A stretch of 64,000 bases of DNA, taken from positions 310,001 to 374,000 of the forward strand of contig JAANOX010000061.1 in assembly GCA_020184695.1 (NCBI GenBank), in the 5' to 3' direction. Below the pieces are notes generated by a model. That model was not told where the DNA came from, did no database searches, and saw only the letters and a program-made list of their open reading frames with translations. The stretch is from Histomonas meleagridis 2922-C6/04-290x (lineage: Eukaryota > Protista > Parabasalia). Position numbers and translations under genes: made by a program. Positions 47,801 to 59,344 of this stretch are shown here, one piece after another. Each line of letters opens with the position of its first letter. The stretch's first letter is position 1.

Positions 47801-49631
47801 ATTATATTTAATATATCATTATTAGTATTCTTTGAAATATTTTCTATTTCTATTTCAATACTTGAAATAGTATTTAATATAGTTTGTGTAGGTGTTTTAT
47901 CTTTTAATTCTATAATCCTTTTAATATGACTAGTAATTTCTGATAAATTTCTAATTATATTGTTTTGTCTTCTAATTGTATCTTTTTCTCTATCTGTGAT
48001 TTTATTTTTCTTAACAGATTTACCTAACATCTTTTCTAAAGACATATGTAAAGTTTTTCTAATAATTTTTCTAATTAATAAATTCATTTTGGCTAATCCT
48101 CCTTCAAAGATTATCCATTCTGTTTCACTTTCATTTATTGGTAAACATTTCTTAAATATTGGAATTATTTTATTTTTCATACATTCTTTAATTGGAATAA
48201 TAAGTTTTTGTCTAAAGTTTTTAGTAAGTTTAGGTAAATGAATCTCATTTTGTTTTTCTATTTCTACCCTATTTAACCATTTTCTACATTTTATTAGTAA
48301 ATAGTTTCTTTCTTCTATAATAATTTGTTGTTCTTTCTGAGTCATTCCTATATTTTTTACTTGTTGTTGTTCCTGATTTTTTTTTGTTGTTCTTCTTGAT
48401 TATTATTTAGTTGTTCTTCTCGTTGTTGTTCTAGATTATTATTTTGTTGTACCTCTTGATTATTCGGTTGTTCTTGTTGAATGACTCTTTGATCTTGATT
48501 TTGTATAATAATATTATTATTTCTATTAATTTCTCCATTAATTTGTTGATTAATAATAATATTTCTATCATTGAAGTGATTATTATTGTTATCATCTGTT
48601 GATTGTTCTTGAACTTCAATTTCATTTTCAATCTCATCAATTTGTTCTTGTAACAGGATTTTAAATATTGTGGATTTAATTTTAATCTTTTGTTTTGGGA
48701 TAATTGTTCCTTTTATTCTTGTATCACTATGCATTGAAGATGCATGTAATTTTAAGTTTCCTTTATTAGCTGTAATTGTCTTTTTACAATAACCACATAA
48801 TAAACCATTTCTTTCTTTCATTAATTCTTTAATATTTGGTGTTCTATTAACTTGATTTATCCAATATTTAATAGTCGCCCAAATCCATCCTATTTCTGAT
48901 TTTTTATCAACTATATATTTGTGTTTGGTATTCATATGTGAAGAAAATGAACCCTGATTAATAGTAAAATAATCACAATTTGGACGAAAGCAAAAATAAA
49001 GATTCTTATGATAACTCTGATGTTGGTCTTGTAAATTAACTTGTTCCCAATAATTTTCTCTTATACTTAAAAAGTTTAAAAATTCTAACATTGTACAACC
49101 TGGAAATGTTTTATTATGTATTTGTTTCTCATGATATTTCAAATGACATACACATGTAAATGCTTCTCCATCTCCTTGTGTACATACAAAAGGTCCTAAA
49201 CCTGGCCAAATTTTTTCGAATGCTATAATATTTAAAATTGGTATTTCGAATCTATTATTATTGCACATGAACGAGTTCTCGTATAAATCTTTATTTTTCC
49301 ATTTATTGATTACTGATTTAATTATTTCTTTAGTATTCGCATTTCTAATATCATTTAATAAATTTTCTGGTGTTAAATCTTCTTCATCATTAATATTATT
49401 ATTATTATTATTTCCATTATTGTGATTATTATTATTATTATTATTATTTGAATTGATGTTATTGATTTGATTTTGAATTTGATTTTCTTGTGGTATATTA
49501 TTGTTATTGAATCCTGAGGATGTAATATTCGAGTTTAGTTGATTTTGATTATCATTGTTATTTTGATTTTGAGTTTTGTTATTATTTAGATTCATATTGA
49601 TATTAATATTTGGTAAATTATAGTTTGGCAT
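44890..49631 (-). pseudogene. Retrotransposon polyprotein: C2H2 zinc fingers, RT, CCHC, restriction-like endonuclease (fragmented)
   Basis: Pieces 48357-49631 (three finger-like motifs), 47794-48345, 47353-47685, an RT frame from 47160 to 45991 (in-frame TAA at 47161-47163), 45185-45610, and a C-terminus ending at 44890. Confidence 0.88.
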
Positions 49632-50364
49632 TGAAAAATTGATATCTTTTTCTACAAATTTAATTTTTGGTATTATTATAATTTGTTCATTAATTTTAAT
49701 CTGTGGAATATTAACTGGTACAATTTCTTTATTGTAATACGGAATAGGAATATTAATATTTCGTACTTGATTATGATAGTTTGGTATTGGAATATTAATG
49801 TTTTGTATTTGATTTTGATAATTTGGAATATTAACTAAAAAATTTTCTTGAATTGTATTGAGGTATTGGTATTATATAATTTTGTAAATTTTGTTGGTAA
49901 TTTGGTATGTCTATTTTGAAATCTTCTTGTTGATAATTAGGTATTGGAATTATAAAATTTTCTGTTTGTTTCTCATACTCTGGTATTTTAATAGGTACCA
50001 ATTTTTTCTTAAATTTAAAAATTGGTATTAAATAATTTTCTTTATTAATTTTAAAATCAGGAATTGTAATTAACTTGTCTTCTTAATCGTAATAAGGTAT
50101 AACGACATTAATTTCTTCATTATTGATTTTGAAGTCTGGAATATCAATAATTTTTTATTCAACTTTTACTACTGGTAAATCACAATTTATGTTTTTCTGT
50201 GTAATTAAGAAATTAGGAACATTAATTGGATATTGTTTAACTTGTGTAACATGAGAAATGTTATTATTTGGTCTAATTTTATTATTTAAGTATTGTAATG
50301 TGTCAGGTCTGATTGATAATGTTTTATTTATAATTCGAAAAGTATCTGGTGGTAAAATTAAACC

Positions 50365-51438
50365 TCAATAAGAACATATATTCGGGATCTCAATATTGAT
50401 GTTATTTTGTTCGATGATTAATATCCAATATGGTAAATCAATTTCAGTAAAATCTTTGTTTTCATAATGTTCATTAATCATATAAATTTCTTTCCAAGCA
50501 TCTGGATTAATATTATTGAATATTCCAAAATCAACTTGTGTTTTTAATAAATTTAATGCTGTCGGTAATTTTCCGTAAGTTTTTGTCCATGAAAAGATTA
50601 ACGTCCAAAAAAACCCGACGGTTTGTAAAGAATTTATAATTATTTCTGAACTGTGGTCTTGATTTATATGGTTGATTAATTCAAAATTGTCAGAAATAAT
50701 TTTATAACAATTTGGAAACGGACAGAATCTTTCATAATTTTTTGATTTTATAATATATTTGTTTTTAGTCAATAATCTATGTATGATTCTTTCGTGAAAG
50801 AGTAATTCTTGATTATAGTCAATATCATGTTCTTCTGCTGATAAATGTTTTGATAGTATTTGAAAATCTTTTGTGAAAAAATTACATTCTGGAACTAATG
50901 AACAACAAAATTGTTCGGGTAATGGAATTTCACGAAACTCATTTAATTTGAATAATTGATAAATTGGGAAATTTAAAAAATTATAAATTAATAAATTTTG
51001 TTGTAACCAAATGTTAGGCTTTGGTATTCGTTTCTTGATTGCTTTGCTAATAATTCTTTTAATTTCTTCTTTGTTGGGAAAATCTTCATTAAAAATATAA
51101 TTTTGTAAAAAGTTTTGTAATGTTCGATCTGTAATAATTTCTTTGTTATCTCTGTGATAATTTTCATTAATATCCCATATATTAGTCTTATCTTGTAGTA
51201 CATGGTCGAACTTTAAAATATAAATATCTTCATAATTATTCGTAATTAAAGATTCGTTTTCTGTTGATCGTAATCTAGAGGTATGATCCTCTATTCCTGT
51301 AAAATTGTTAGTCTGAAGTTTTGAATTTCCAAATAATCTATCTGATGAAAATTCGAATTTTGAGAAATATATATCATTCGATTTCTCTCCCTGTAACGGA
51401 GCTAAAGACGAATTCTCAGCAAAAATAGAACCATCCAT
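50365..51438 (-). CDS. Retrotransposon N-terminal zinc-finger region (start MDGSIF)
   Basis: CSLVPECNFFTKDFQILSKHLSAEEH and CPFPNCYKIISDNFELINHINQDH; the ORF-track start at 51483 lies inside the tRNA and is spurious. Confidence 0.65.
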   Translation of the reverse strand: MDGSIFAENSSLAPLQGEKSNDIYFSKFEFSSDRLFGNSKLQTNNFTGIEDHTSRLRSTENESLITNNYEDIYILKFDHVLQDKTNIWDINENYHRDNKEIITDRTLQNFLQNYIFNEDFPNKEEIKRIISKAIKKRIPKPNIWLQQNLLIYNFLNFPIYQLFKLNEFREIPLPEQFCCSLVPECNFFTKDFQILSKHLSAEEHDIDYNQELLFHERIIHRLLTKNKYIIKSKNYERFCPFPNCYKIISDNFELINHINQDHSSEIIINSLQTVGFFWTLIFSWTKTYGKLPTALNLLKTQVDFGIFNNINPDAWKEIYMINEHYENKDFTEIDLPYWILIIEQNNINIEIPNICSY

Positions 51439-51456
51439 CAAAAAACGAAAAAAATT

Positions 51457-51529
51457 CACCTTCGACGGGATTCGAACCCGCAACCCCAGGATTAAAAGTC
51501 CTATGCTCTAACCGTTGAGCTACGAAGGT
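51457..51529 (-). tRNA. tRNA-Lys(TTT): tRNA-Lys (anticodon TTT), intact
   Basis: ACCTTCG/CGAAGGT acceptor stem, TAGCTCAACGGTTAGAGC D-arm, TAGGA-CT-TTT-AA-TCCTG anticodon arm, GGTTCGAATCC T-arm, followed by a T7 terminator. Confidence 0.95.
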
Positions 51530-52255
51530 TCACGTTTCCTTTTTAAATTTTGATCCTATAATACAAACACGGGTAATACGAAACCAATCAATTTTGAATG
51601 TCAAACAACGATAGCCTCAAAAAGGATTTTTGTAAGAAAAATTGTTAACAAATGAGAAGAAATCCTAAAAAATGGTAGAGGTGCAGTCAAAATAAATTTC
51701 ACAATGGAAATTTCTCGAAATTTCTACTATAGATAGAGGAATATACCTATATATCTATAAACACCTATTTTTGGGATTTCTTCTGTACGTTTTGGAGAAA
51801 AAGTGATATTACGAAAAATGGAGCTGGTAAGAGTTTTTATAAAAATATTAGCACCTTTACAAAGTACATATATATGTGATAAAAAGTTAATTTGAACGTA
51901 TCTCGATATATCCTATTTATAATGATAAGCATCAATTTATAACCAACGTCAATTTCCTTAATTATAAAATCTGAAATAAAAAGATGCGATACTCTTGTTT
52001 TTTATATATTTTTATTATTTATGATCTGAAAAATTATTTATCTGCAATGGTGTTGTTATGCCATATGAAGATTTTGGCTTTTATCAGGTGATGGTCAAGG
52101 GTAAAAGCAAGAAGTTCTTTATGCTATTAAAGCTGGGCAAATTTTAATGTCGTATTCAGTTATCTTTAGTGAAAGAAACAAAATCTCCATTTATAAATTT
52201 TAATTAAATGAAAGTTTTTGTACCTGAAAATTAAAGCTGATGTGTGGTGTGTACG

Positions 52256-52705
52256 CTAATTAATTTGTTGTGGATTTTTAAAGTTCAGTTTTTTAAAAAG
52301 CTCTAAAAAGTTGCTAATGCTTGTTAAGGTTTCTTTTTCCAAAGCTTCACAAAGACCTTTTGCACGATCGCAGCCGCTTTGATAACGATCCCATTTTTCA
52401 TCTAATTCTTTTTGTTTGTTAATAAACTTTTCAACTTCATCATTTTGTTTTTCGTCCAGCAATGCGACCTTATGAGCATTTTCTTTCAATAACTTGTAAA
52501 GGTCATCCGATAAACCAAACCATTCATCTTGGAAATGAGTATAAAATTTTATATTTTCATCTTCGCACGAGCGAAGTTTAATTTTTAAACCTCGTTGACA
52601 TTCTGGATGAATTACAGACACTTTTATCTGATAAAATTTAGGTCTGATATCAGATGAATCGTCAGAAGAAAGAGATTCCGTTTCCGCAGAAAAAATTTTA
52701 TTTGG
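52256..52705 (-). CDS. Hypothetical coiled-coil protein; no ATG in the open frame
   Basis: 150-codon open frame (PNKIFSAETES...QKELDEKWDRYQSGC), divergent from the RING gene; the start may be lost by mutation or sequencing error. Confidence 0.4.
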   Translation of the reverse strand, partial: PNKIFSAETESLSSDDSSDIRPKFYQIKVSVIHPECQRGLKIKLRSCEDENIKFYTHFQDEWFGLSDDLYKLLKENAHKVALLDEKQNDEVEKFINKQKELDEKWDRYQSGCDRAKGLCEALEKETLTSISNFLELFKKLNFKNPQQIN

Positions 52706-52771
52706 TCAATTCACCGGAAATTTCGACCGTTAAAGATCATCTGGTGGTGTAAACAATACGATAATACGCAG

Positions 52772-54220
52772 ATGTTTTTCTTGTTTCTTTTCAGATGTCT
52801 CTCAACATATCCAACATATTTTTTAGGAAACTATACGGCACCAATTCCAAATTATACAATCAACGAGTATAATCATAATTTTATTCAGATTAAATTTTTA
52901 CCAGATGAAAAAATCAGCAATGGTTACAATGAAACTTGTCCACTCAATGTAACTTCTGTTGCATTTGTTGTTACTTCTAAAATTTATTTTAAAAGGAATC
53001 CAATTCGTTTATATGGATTTCAACTTAATGATACATTTTATTTTTTCAACTTTTTTTCAGATATTGTTACAGATAGTTCATATTTTGCTAACTATGTATG
53101 TAAGCTCTCTCGTCAATCCAACTTTACTCAAGAAACTTTTCATGAAATAATGCATAATAAATTTCCAAGATTTTCAACTCTAACCACTCTTTCTTTCACA
53201 CTTTTCCCTGACACCCCACCATCACGTCATATTTTTTATTTACCTATTGGTTTTAATGGTTCATTAAAATTCCATAATTCTTCTACACTTCTTCTTGTTG
53301 ATGGATTCAAATATAATTATCTCGACTTCATCTCCAAAGCCAAACTGTTTGGAGTTGTTTCTTCATTTTTTGTTGTCATCGGATTTTATGGTTGGAAATC
53401 AATTGCCACTGTTGAATCCTTAACTGTTCTCCAACAACTTTCTGTTGAATCCTACATCATGCACATGAGTTTTGAGTTCAGTTGGGCCATGTTTATTTTT
53501 GAGTATGGACTTCGATTTATCCAAATCCAAAGTCTATATCTTGTATTAACTCTTACATTTATGGTTGTCTACTTTGCCTTTCAAATGACCCTAGTTTCCA
53601 AGATATGGCGTGCGATGATCAGTGATGACATTGCAGAATTTGACATCGCTCATTTCCGGAATATGTTATTTAGTTTCTTATCCAAACTCACATTGATCAC
53701 AACGATCAGTTTGTTTGCGTTTGTGTATGTTTTTGACCATCCATTAATTCCATTATTTTTATTATATTCCGAATTTATACCACAAATAATAAAATCGGCA
53801 AAAGAAAACGCACACAAAACAGCAGACACAAAATTCATTTTATCGATTGCAGCAAGTCGAATAAGTTTTTTGATATATTTCTTCTTGAATCGAATGAACA
53901 TATCAAGCTCATATTCGATTTGGTCGATTTTTGTTTTGGTTTATTTCTTGTTACAAATTGTCATTTTGCTTTTGCAAAACAAATTCGGTGGATCATTCTT
54001 TTTGCCTCAAAAATTCCATCCGCAATATTTCGATTATTATTCGGGTGTTGTTGAGCCGAACACCGAATGCGCAATTTGTATGCTGGAAATAGAAAACGGA
54101 GAAAGCACAATGTTAACTCCTTGTAAACATGCATTTCATAAAGATTGTTTATTAAGGTGGATGCAAGAACAAATGGTTTGCCCTATTTGTAGAACGAGAT
54201 TACCACCTTTAGAACATTAA
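52772..54220 (+). CDS. Multi-pass transmembrane RING-H2 E3 ligase (TUL1/FLY-like)
   Basis: Signal peptide, lumenal domain, ~7 TM segments, C-terminal CAIC..TPCKHAFHKDC..CPIC. Confidence 0.85.
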   Translation: MFFLFLFRCLSTYPTYFLGNYTAPIPNYTINEYNHNFIQIKFLPDEKISNGYNETCPLNVTSVAFVVTSKIYFKRNPIRLYGFQLNDTFYFFNFFSDIVTDSSYFANYVCKLSRQSNFTQETFHEIMHNKFPRFSTLTTLSFTLFPDTPPSRHIFYLPIGFNGSLKFHNSSTLLLVDGFKYNYLDFISKAKLFGVVSSFFVVIGFYGWKSIATVESLTVLQQLSVESYIMHMSFEFSWAMFIFEYGLRFIQIQSLYLVLTLTFMVVYFAFQMTLVSKIWRAMISDDIAEFDIAHFRNMLFSFLSKLTLITTISLFAFVYVFDHPLIPLFLLYSEFIPQIIKSAKENAHKTADTKFILSIAASRISFLIYFFLNRMNISSSYSIWSIFVLVYFLLQIVILLLQNKFGGSFFLPQKFHPQYFDYYSGVVEPNTECAICMLEIENGESTMLTPCKHAFHKDCLLRWMQEQMVCPICRTRLPPLEH

Positions 54221-54418
54221 AAAGTAATGTATTAAAGCACAATGTATTTATATATAAATAAAAGATGAAAATTTTTGTTAGCGGTTTTTTTATGCGTTCA
54301 AAAAGAGATTTTTCAATGTGATCGGCGTGTTTTGGTTTTTGATTGGTTTATGCATGTCGGCGTTGCTTTTTAATTTGGAAAACTTAATAAATGAAACCGT
54401 TTATGCCGAGTTTTAGAG

Positions 54419-55531
54419 ATGAGTAATGGTAAAAATGTTTTTCTGCAAGTTAAAACAATAGTGAAACTTATACCAGAAGATATTGGCGAAGGAAAGATTT
54501 TTATAGCTTTCAGTGTATTTGGATCTAAAGAAAATTACAGTTATTCAAATTTACATGACCCATATGATCCAAATTTTATCTGCGAAGTTCTTTCGACTCG
54601 TATTAAATCCGAATCAGATGTTTTAATTGTTTTGTTATGTGCTGAACAAGAAACAAATGATAAAGTTATTATATTAGCACTTGTATTAATACCTGTTGCT
54701 GCTTTAGAAAAAGATTGCATCTGTGACAAGGGGTTAATTTCATGGCTTCCTAAGGATACTATTCTTCACAATACACCTTCATTTAAATTACGAATACATT
54801 TAGATACAAAAAAAGCAGAACCTTTTGTTGCTCCTTCAGGCGAATTCAAAAGCGAAATCTTTTCACGTATGAAAAGTGATTATGTTGATTCGAATTCTAA
54901 ACTCAAAAAATCACTTAAATCTCTTAAAATCAAAACACCACCAAAAGATCATTCGACTAATGGATTAATTCTTTTATCTCCACCTCCAAGTCCTCCAGTA
55001 AAGAAAAGTCTAACCATTTTACCCTCATCACAACCAAGAAGTAATACAATAACAAGATCACGCCGAGTTAAACGAGCTGCAGCACTTATTATGGAACAAA
55101 CTAATCCACGCTTTTGGCCTATTCTTGGTAACGATGATTTTATTAGGGCATGTGTTGAGCTTATGGTTGAAGAAAGCGGAGGAATCGAAAATCAATCGCA
55201 AAATGTCATCAATTATTTAAACGGTGGTTTGGGGCACCCCGAAGTCAAGCACACCACAAAACGAAGGTCAGCGTCACATCGGAACAATGCACCAAATGTA
55301 TTCTCTAATGACTTTGATATCGATACATTACCGAGATTACCCGAAGCGCCTTTTAAATTCAAGATAACATCTGATATGCCAGATGTGTTTAATCCATTTG
55401 AAGATGTTAAACATAATGATAATAATAATACTGAAAGTTTATACTCAAATCCAAACGCATTTTATAAGTCCACGCCAAAACATAGGAAAGTAAGGTCAAT
55501 TTCGGATATGAATGTTTTTGTTTCTAATTAA
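54419..55531 (+). CDS. Hypothetical protein, N-terminal C2-like beta domain
   Basis: 370-aa ORF; beta-strand-rich N-terminus, then a P/S/K-rich region; family not recognised. Confidence 0.5.
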   Translation: MSNGKNVFLQVKTIVKLIPEDIGEGKIFIAFSVFGSKENYSYSNLHDPYDPNFICEVLSTRIKSESDVLIVLLCAEQETNDKVIILALVLIPVAALEKDCICDKGLISWLPKDTILHNTPSFKLRIHLDTKKAEPFVAPSGEFKSEIFSRMKSDYVDSNSKLKKSLKSLKIKTPPKDHSTNGLILLSPPPSPPVKKSLTILPSSQPRSNTITRSRRVKRAAALIMEQTNPRFWPILGNDDFIRACVELMVEESGGIENQSQNVINYLNGGLGHPEVKHTTKRRSASHRNNAPNVFSNDFDIDTLPRLPEAPFKFKITSDMPDVFNPFEDVKHNDNNNTESLYSNPNAFYKSTPKHRKVRSISDMNVFVSN

Positions 55532-55811
55532 CGAGGTGAAGTGAATAAATTTATTTATAAATAATTTGAATTTATTTTATTGAAGAAATTCAATTTTTTA
55601 TGTCATTAAATGAAATTACATCAGTTAAAATATTGTTTGTGAAGCAATTCATCAGTTATTTATCCAGATTTAGAAATACTTTAACATTAAATCATTAAAT
55701 TTATATTTTATTATTATTCTCAATTTTTTATTTCGTTGAATAGGTGTTCAAAATAATTGATTACATTTATCTTAGAAACTAATTCTAATATTATGATGTC
55801 ACTTAATTAGA

Positions 55812-56333
55812 ATGATTCTTTTCTTAATTACATATACCAATTATTCTTCAAGTGAACATTTGGATAGTCTTTTATGTAAGCTTGTTGATTTTCTTGCATT
55901 AAGCAAAAACAATGTTGAACTAAAAGATTATATAAATAAAACAATTCATCATTGTATAAAAAGCAAAAACAAAGAATTATGCGAATCATTAATCAAAGGT
56001 TATTTAGATGGTACAAAATGTAAAGGAAAATTGCTTGAAGTGTCAGATGATATACCATGTGAGTTATGCAAAGACTTGATGATTTTCATTAAAGACTTTG
56101 GTATATCTTTTGTTAATAGTACTGTCTTTAGTTTAATTATAGGTAATTTTGGTAATGGATTTGGTCCTATAATTGAAATAGCATTTAAAGAAATAGTTTA
56201 TAAAGCATTATATAATCTTCCTCAGGTATGTCACATACTTCCAATATGTGAAGGTTCATATCCAAGAAAATCAATTAAAAACGACTGGAATGCTCATTAT
56301 CCGAAAAGGATTCCAATAAAAAAACCTAAATAA
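55812..56333 (+). CDS. Saposin-like (SAPLIP/amoebapore-like) protein, two degenerate domains
   Basis: Signal-like N-terminus; Cys patterns LCKLV..HHC..ELCESLI and CELCKDLM..QVCHILPIC. Confidence 0.55.
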   Translation: MILFLITYTNYSSSEHLDSLLCKLVDFLALSKNNVELKDYINKTIHHCIKSKNKELCESLIKGYLDGTKCKGKLLEVSDDIPCELCKDLMIFIKDFGISFVNSTVFSLIIGNFGNGFGPIIEIAFKEIVYKALYNLPQVCHILPICEGSYPRKSIKNDWNAHYPKRIPIKKPK

Positions 56334-57673
56334 AAACCAAATGGTTTTAATTATTTATATTTAATTTTAAACAGATAAAGTTCGCATTGTATACAAATTT
56401 TATGAGTCATCAAACCAAAATTCATGTACATTTTATTGTTTAAGCCTCTTCTTCTTTTATGTTATTCTCTTTTATCATTGTTGGTGGTATTTCCCACATT
56501 TTCCTGGGTGTCACTTCTACAATCCTTATTTAATACATTAGTAGATAAATCAGACTGGAGATGATTTACATATTACATTAGATAAAAGAATTGTTCTTTT
56601 AACTTTTCTCAATGTTTTTGCTGATAATGAAACCAAATTTAATCTTTCCAGGGTGAATAATACAAATGGCTATTTACTAAAAAGCTATTTACATGTTCCA
56701 TTCTAATGAATTCTCTTTGTTCATTAGATCTATTAATTAATTGTTATATTTTATATTCATTTTGCTGTGAAATTCTTTGATAATTACTAATGTTTTGTTG
56801 AGTTGTTGGATGAATTTCAATTGCCATCTCAATAAATAAATAAAAACTTATGTCCAGCGGATATATGATATTTTTATTTTAAAACCCAATTTAAAACAAT
56901 TTAAATAAAGAATGATTTAAAGAACCAATATGGAATTAATTTATTAAAGCTTTAAAATATCATACTATCATCATCACAAAGAAGATCTTTCACGGCACTA
57001 ACATCATGTGTCAATAGCGTTAATAAAATGAAACGCGCCAGACCATCCGATGAAAAATCACTTCACAAAGATTCATCGGATTCACTTCACAAACAGTAAA
57101 AAGTGAGAAACGATCAGATTGCATTCAATTAATATTCAAAAAGTTAATGGATAACTCAAACACCAATTCAAAAAGTCAACAGTCAACCAAAATTCATAAC
57201 CCACATTTTCCCTTGTGTTCATATCCTTGCATCTAATGCTATTTGTTATATATCTGATGAAAGCATATGATTTTAATATAAAGTCATGTTTATGTCCGAA
57301 AATTTTCATTCAAAATTACAAATTTAAAAGAAGTATTTCTCATAATAGCCCACATCAAAATGTCAACATCAGCAATTTGTTTATTGTTCTACCTAATGCT
57401 TGTTTCCATTTATCTCAACAAATGACCAATTTTACATTGCCTTTAAAGACTGCATATCAAATTGGAATTTTGGAACAACAAAAGTTCATAAGACCAGAAA
57501 ACGAAAAAATCAACATTTATCATATCTTTAAATGTTTAAATCAGGTTTCGTTCTTCAAAAACATTATTTTATACATACCTATTATTCTTATGTTTTTTGT
57601 TGAAATTAAAAAAACATTTTTAAATAATTACATAACCTGTAAATGTGTAAAGGCAAATAATAAATGTGAGTTA

Positions 57674-59344
57674 ATGGCATTAACTTTTAATATATTTTTA
57701 ATAATTACGAATGAATCATTTGTTAATGAAACCGAAACACTTGAAATATCTACTTCAGCTGATTTCACACAAGATTATAAAAGTGTGACGAAACATATTA
57801 TAATTGAAGAAGGTATAACGGAAGTTCCTTCGAATGCATTTTCTTCTTGGAGTTTATTAGAATCTGTTGAAATTGCAGATTCGGTTCTTTATTTAAGAGA
57901 TTATTCATTTTATTATTGCAGTCAACTGCAGACAGTTAATTTTGGTAAAAATATAATCGAAATTGGAGATAGGGTATTTATGTATTGTTCTAGTATAAAA
58001 GAAATTATAATTCCAAACTCAGTAATTTCAATTGGTGAAGCATCTTTCGTTCAATGCACAAGCTTAGAAACTGCTATTTTAGGAGAAAATGTCGTCACGT
58101 TGGGAAGATGGATTTTTGAAGAGTGTAATTTGTTAAAGAATATAACAATTCCAAAGTCTGTAACAACAATTGGATGGAGACCATTTATTGGTTGTACAAG
58201 TCTTATGTTTATTAATGTTTCCAAAGATAATGAATATTTCTCTAATTTAAATGACGATGGAATTCTATATAATAAGAATATTACTGAATTAATTTGTTAT
58301 CCAGCAGGACTTCCAAATGAAACTTTTGAGATTGCGCCCACAATTACTTCAATCGCAACTTCTGGTATTCGCTCATGTTATAATATTTTATATTTGGTTA
58401 TTCCAAATTCAGTGACTATTCTTAATGATTATTCGTTAAAACTAAATATAAATATGGAAATAATTTATATTGGAGAAAACGTTCAAACTTTAGGTACATG
58501 TGTATTTTACTCTTGTACTAGTCTTAAATGCATATATTTTTATGGTAAGACAGGACCAACTTATGGGACACAGCTTTTTTATGATGTCCCTGCAACGACA
58601 GTGATGACATTAGATTTATATGAAGAAGAAACATTTGGAGGGCTAACTGTATCAAAGGGAACTACAATTGAAGAATGTGGTCCATGGAAAACAGATACAT
58701 TTAGTCACTCATATACATTTACACAATCAAATACATTTAGTAAGTCAAATACATATACTGAATCAAATACATTTAGTAAGTCAAATACATATACTGAATC
58801 AAATGCATTTACTAATTCAAATACGTTTTCAGGTTCATTTTATTTTGATGTTACATTATCACATTCTATGATTCTAACACATTCTGTTTTTAATACAGAA
58901 ACAATTGCTTTAAACAGCATTACCATAAATACTTTTACGTTATCTTTTATAAATTCCACATTAGCAATTATTAATACATTATTAATATATTATGAATATA
59001 CTGTTGTTCAATATTCTGCTTATGTATCATATTATTCTGATTTTTTCACATTATTAAATCAAAATGAAAATAACAATGAAACAAATAATAACAATACAAT
59101 TATTATTGTTGGTGTTTGTGTTGCAATTGTTGTGATTTTAATTATTTCTTTGGTTGTCGTTTTCCTTATTAGAAGGAAAAAGCATAATAGTTTAGATGAA
59201 GAAGGTGATGTAGAAGAAATGAATTGGAATAATGGAGACGTTTCCATGAATAACTTTACAATTAGTACAAATACTAATAATATTGATGAAGACCCATTTG
59301 CAGATGACTTCAAAGAAGAAAATAATATATTTTCAAATTTATAA
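57674..59344 (+). CDS. BspA-like (TpLRR) surface protein with TM helix and acidic cytoplasmic tail
   Basis: LRRs (IKEIIIPNSVISIGEASFVQCTSL), ELICYPAG, SNTFSKSNTYTE repeats, TM, DEDPFADDFKE tail; likely ATG at 57674 rather than the GTG at 57215. Confidence 0.88.
   Translation: MALTFNIFLIITNESFVNETETLEISTSADFTQDYKSVTKHIIIEEGITEVPSNAFSSWSLLESVEIADSVLYLRDYSFYYCSQLQTVNFGKNIIEIGDRVFMYCSSIKEIIIPNSVISIGEASFVQCTSLETAILGENVVTLGRWIFEECNLLKNITIPKSVTTIGWRPFIGCTSLMFINVSKDNEYFSNLNDDGILYNKNITELICYPAGLPNETFEIAPTITSIATSGIRSCYNILYLVIPNSVTILNDYSLKLNINMEIIYIGENVQTLGTCVFYSCTSLKCIYFYGKTGPTYGTQLFYDVPATTVMTLDLYEEETFGGLTVSKGTTIEECGPWKTDTFSHSYTFTQSNTFSKSNTYTESNTFSKSNTYTESNAFTNSNTFSGSFYFDVTLSHSMILTHSVFNTETIALNSITINTFTLSFINSTLAIINTLLIYYEYTVVQYSAYVSYYSDFFTLLNQNENNNETNNNNTIIIVGVCVAIVVILIISLVVVFLIRRKKHNSLDEEGDVEEMNWNNGDVSMNNFTISTNTNNIDEDPFADDFKEENNIFSNL

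Larger units (their letters stand above)
44765..51455 (-). mobile_element. RLE-type (NeSL/Utopia/R2-like) non-LTR retrotransposon inserted in tRNA-Lys; coding region disrupted
   Basis: RT motifs SWRPISISNTLYR, LDFTNAFGSVPH, GVRQGCPLSPLLFN, QAYADDIVL; CCHC knuckle CHKC..HRLNGC; RLE KPDVWW..IIEVTSPYG..IVVSSLGAIP; N-terminal C2H2 fingers; bounded by a 17-bp TSD. Confidence 0.93.

Noticed and set aside
51439-51483. ORF start MRVRIPSK
   Set aside because: It lies inside the tRNA-Lys gene; the next ATG at 51438 is the plausible start.
57215-57673. 153-aa N-terminal extension of the BspA protein
   Set aside because: GTG start with low-complexity AT-derived composition; the paralogue at 8267 starts at a position equivalent to the ATG near 57674.
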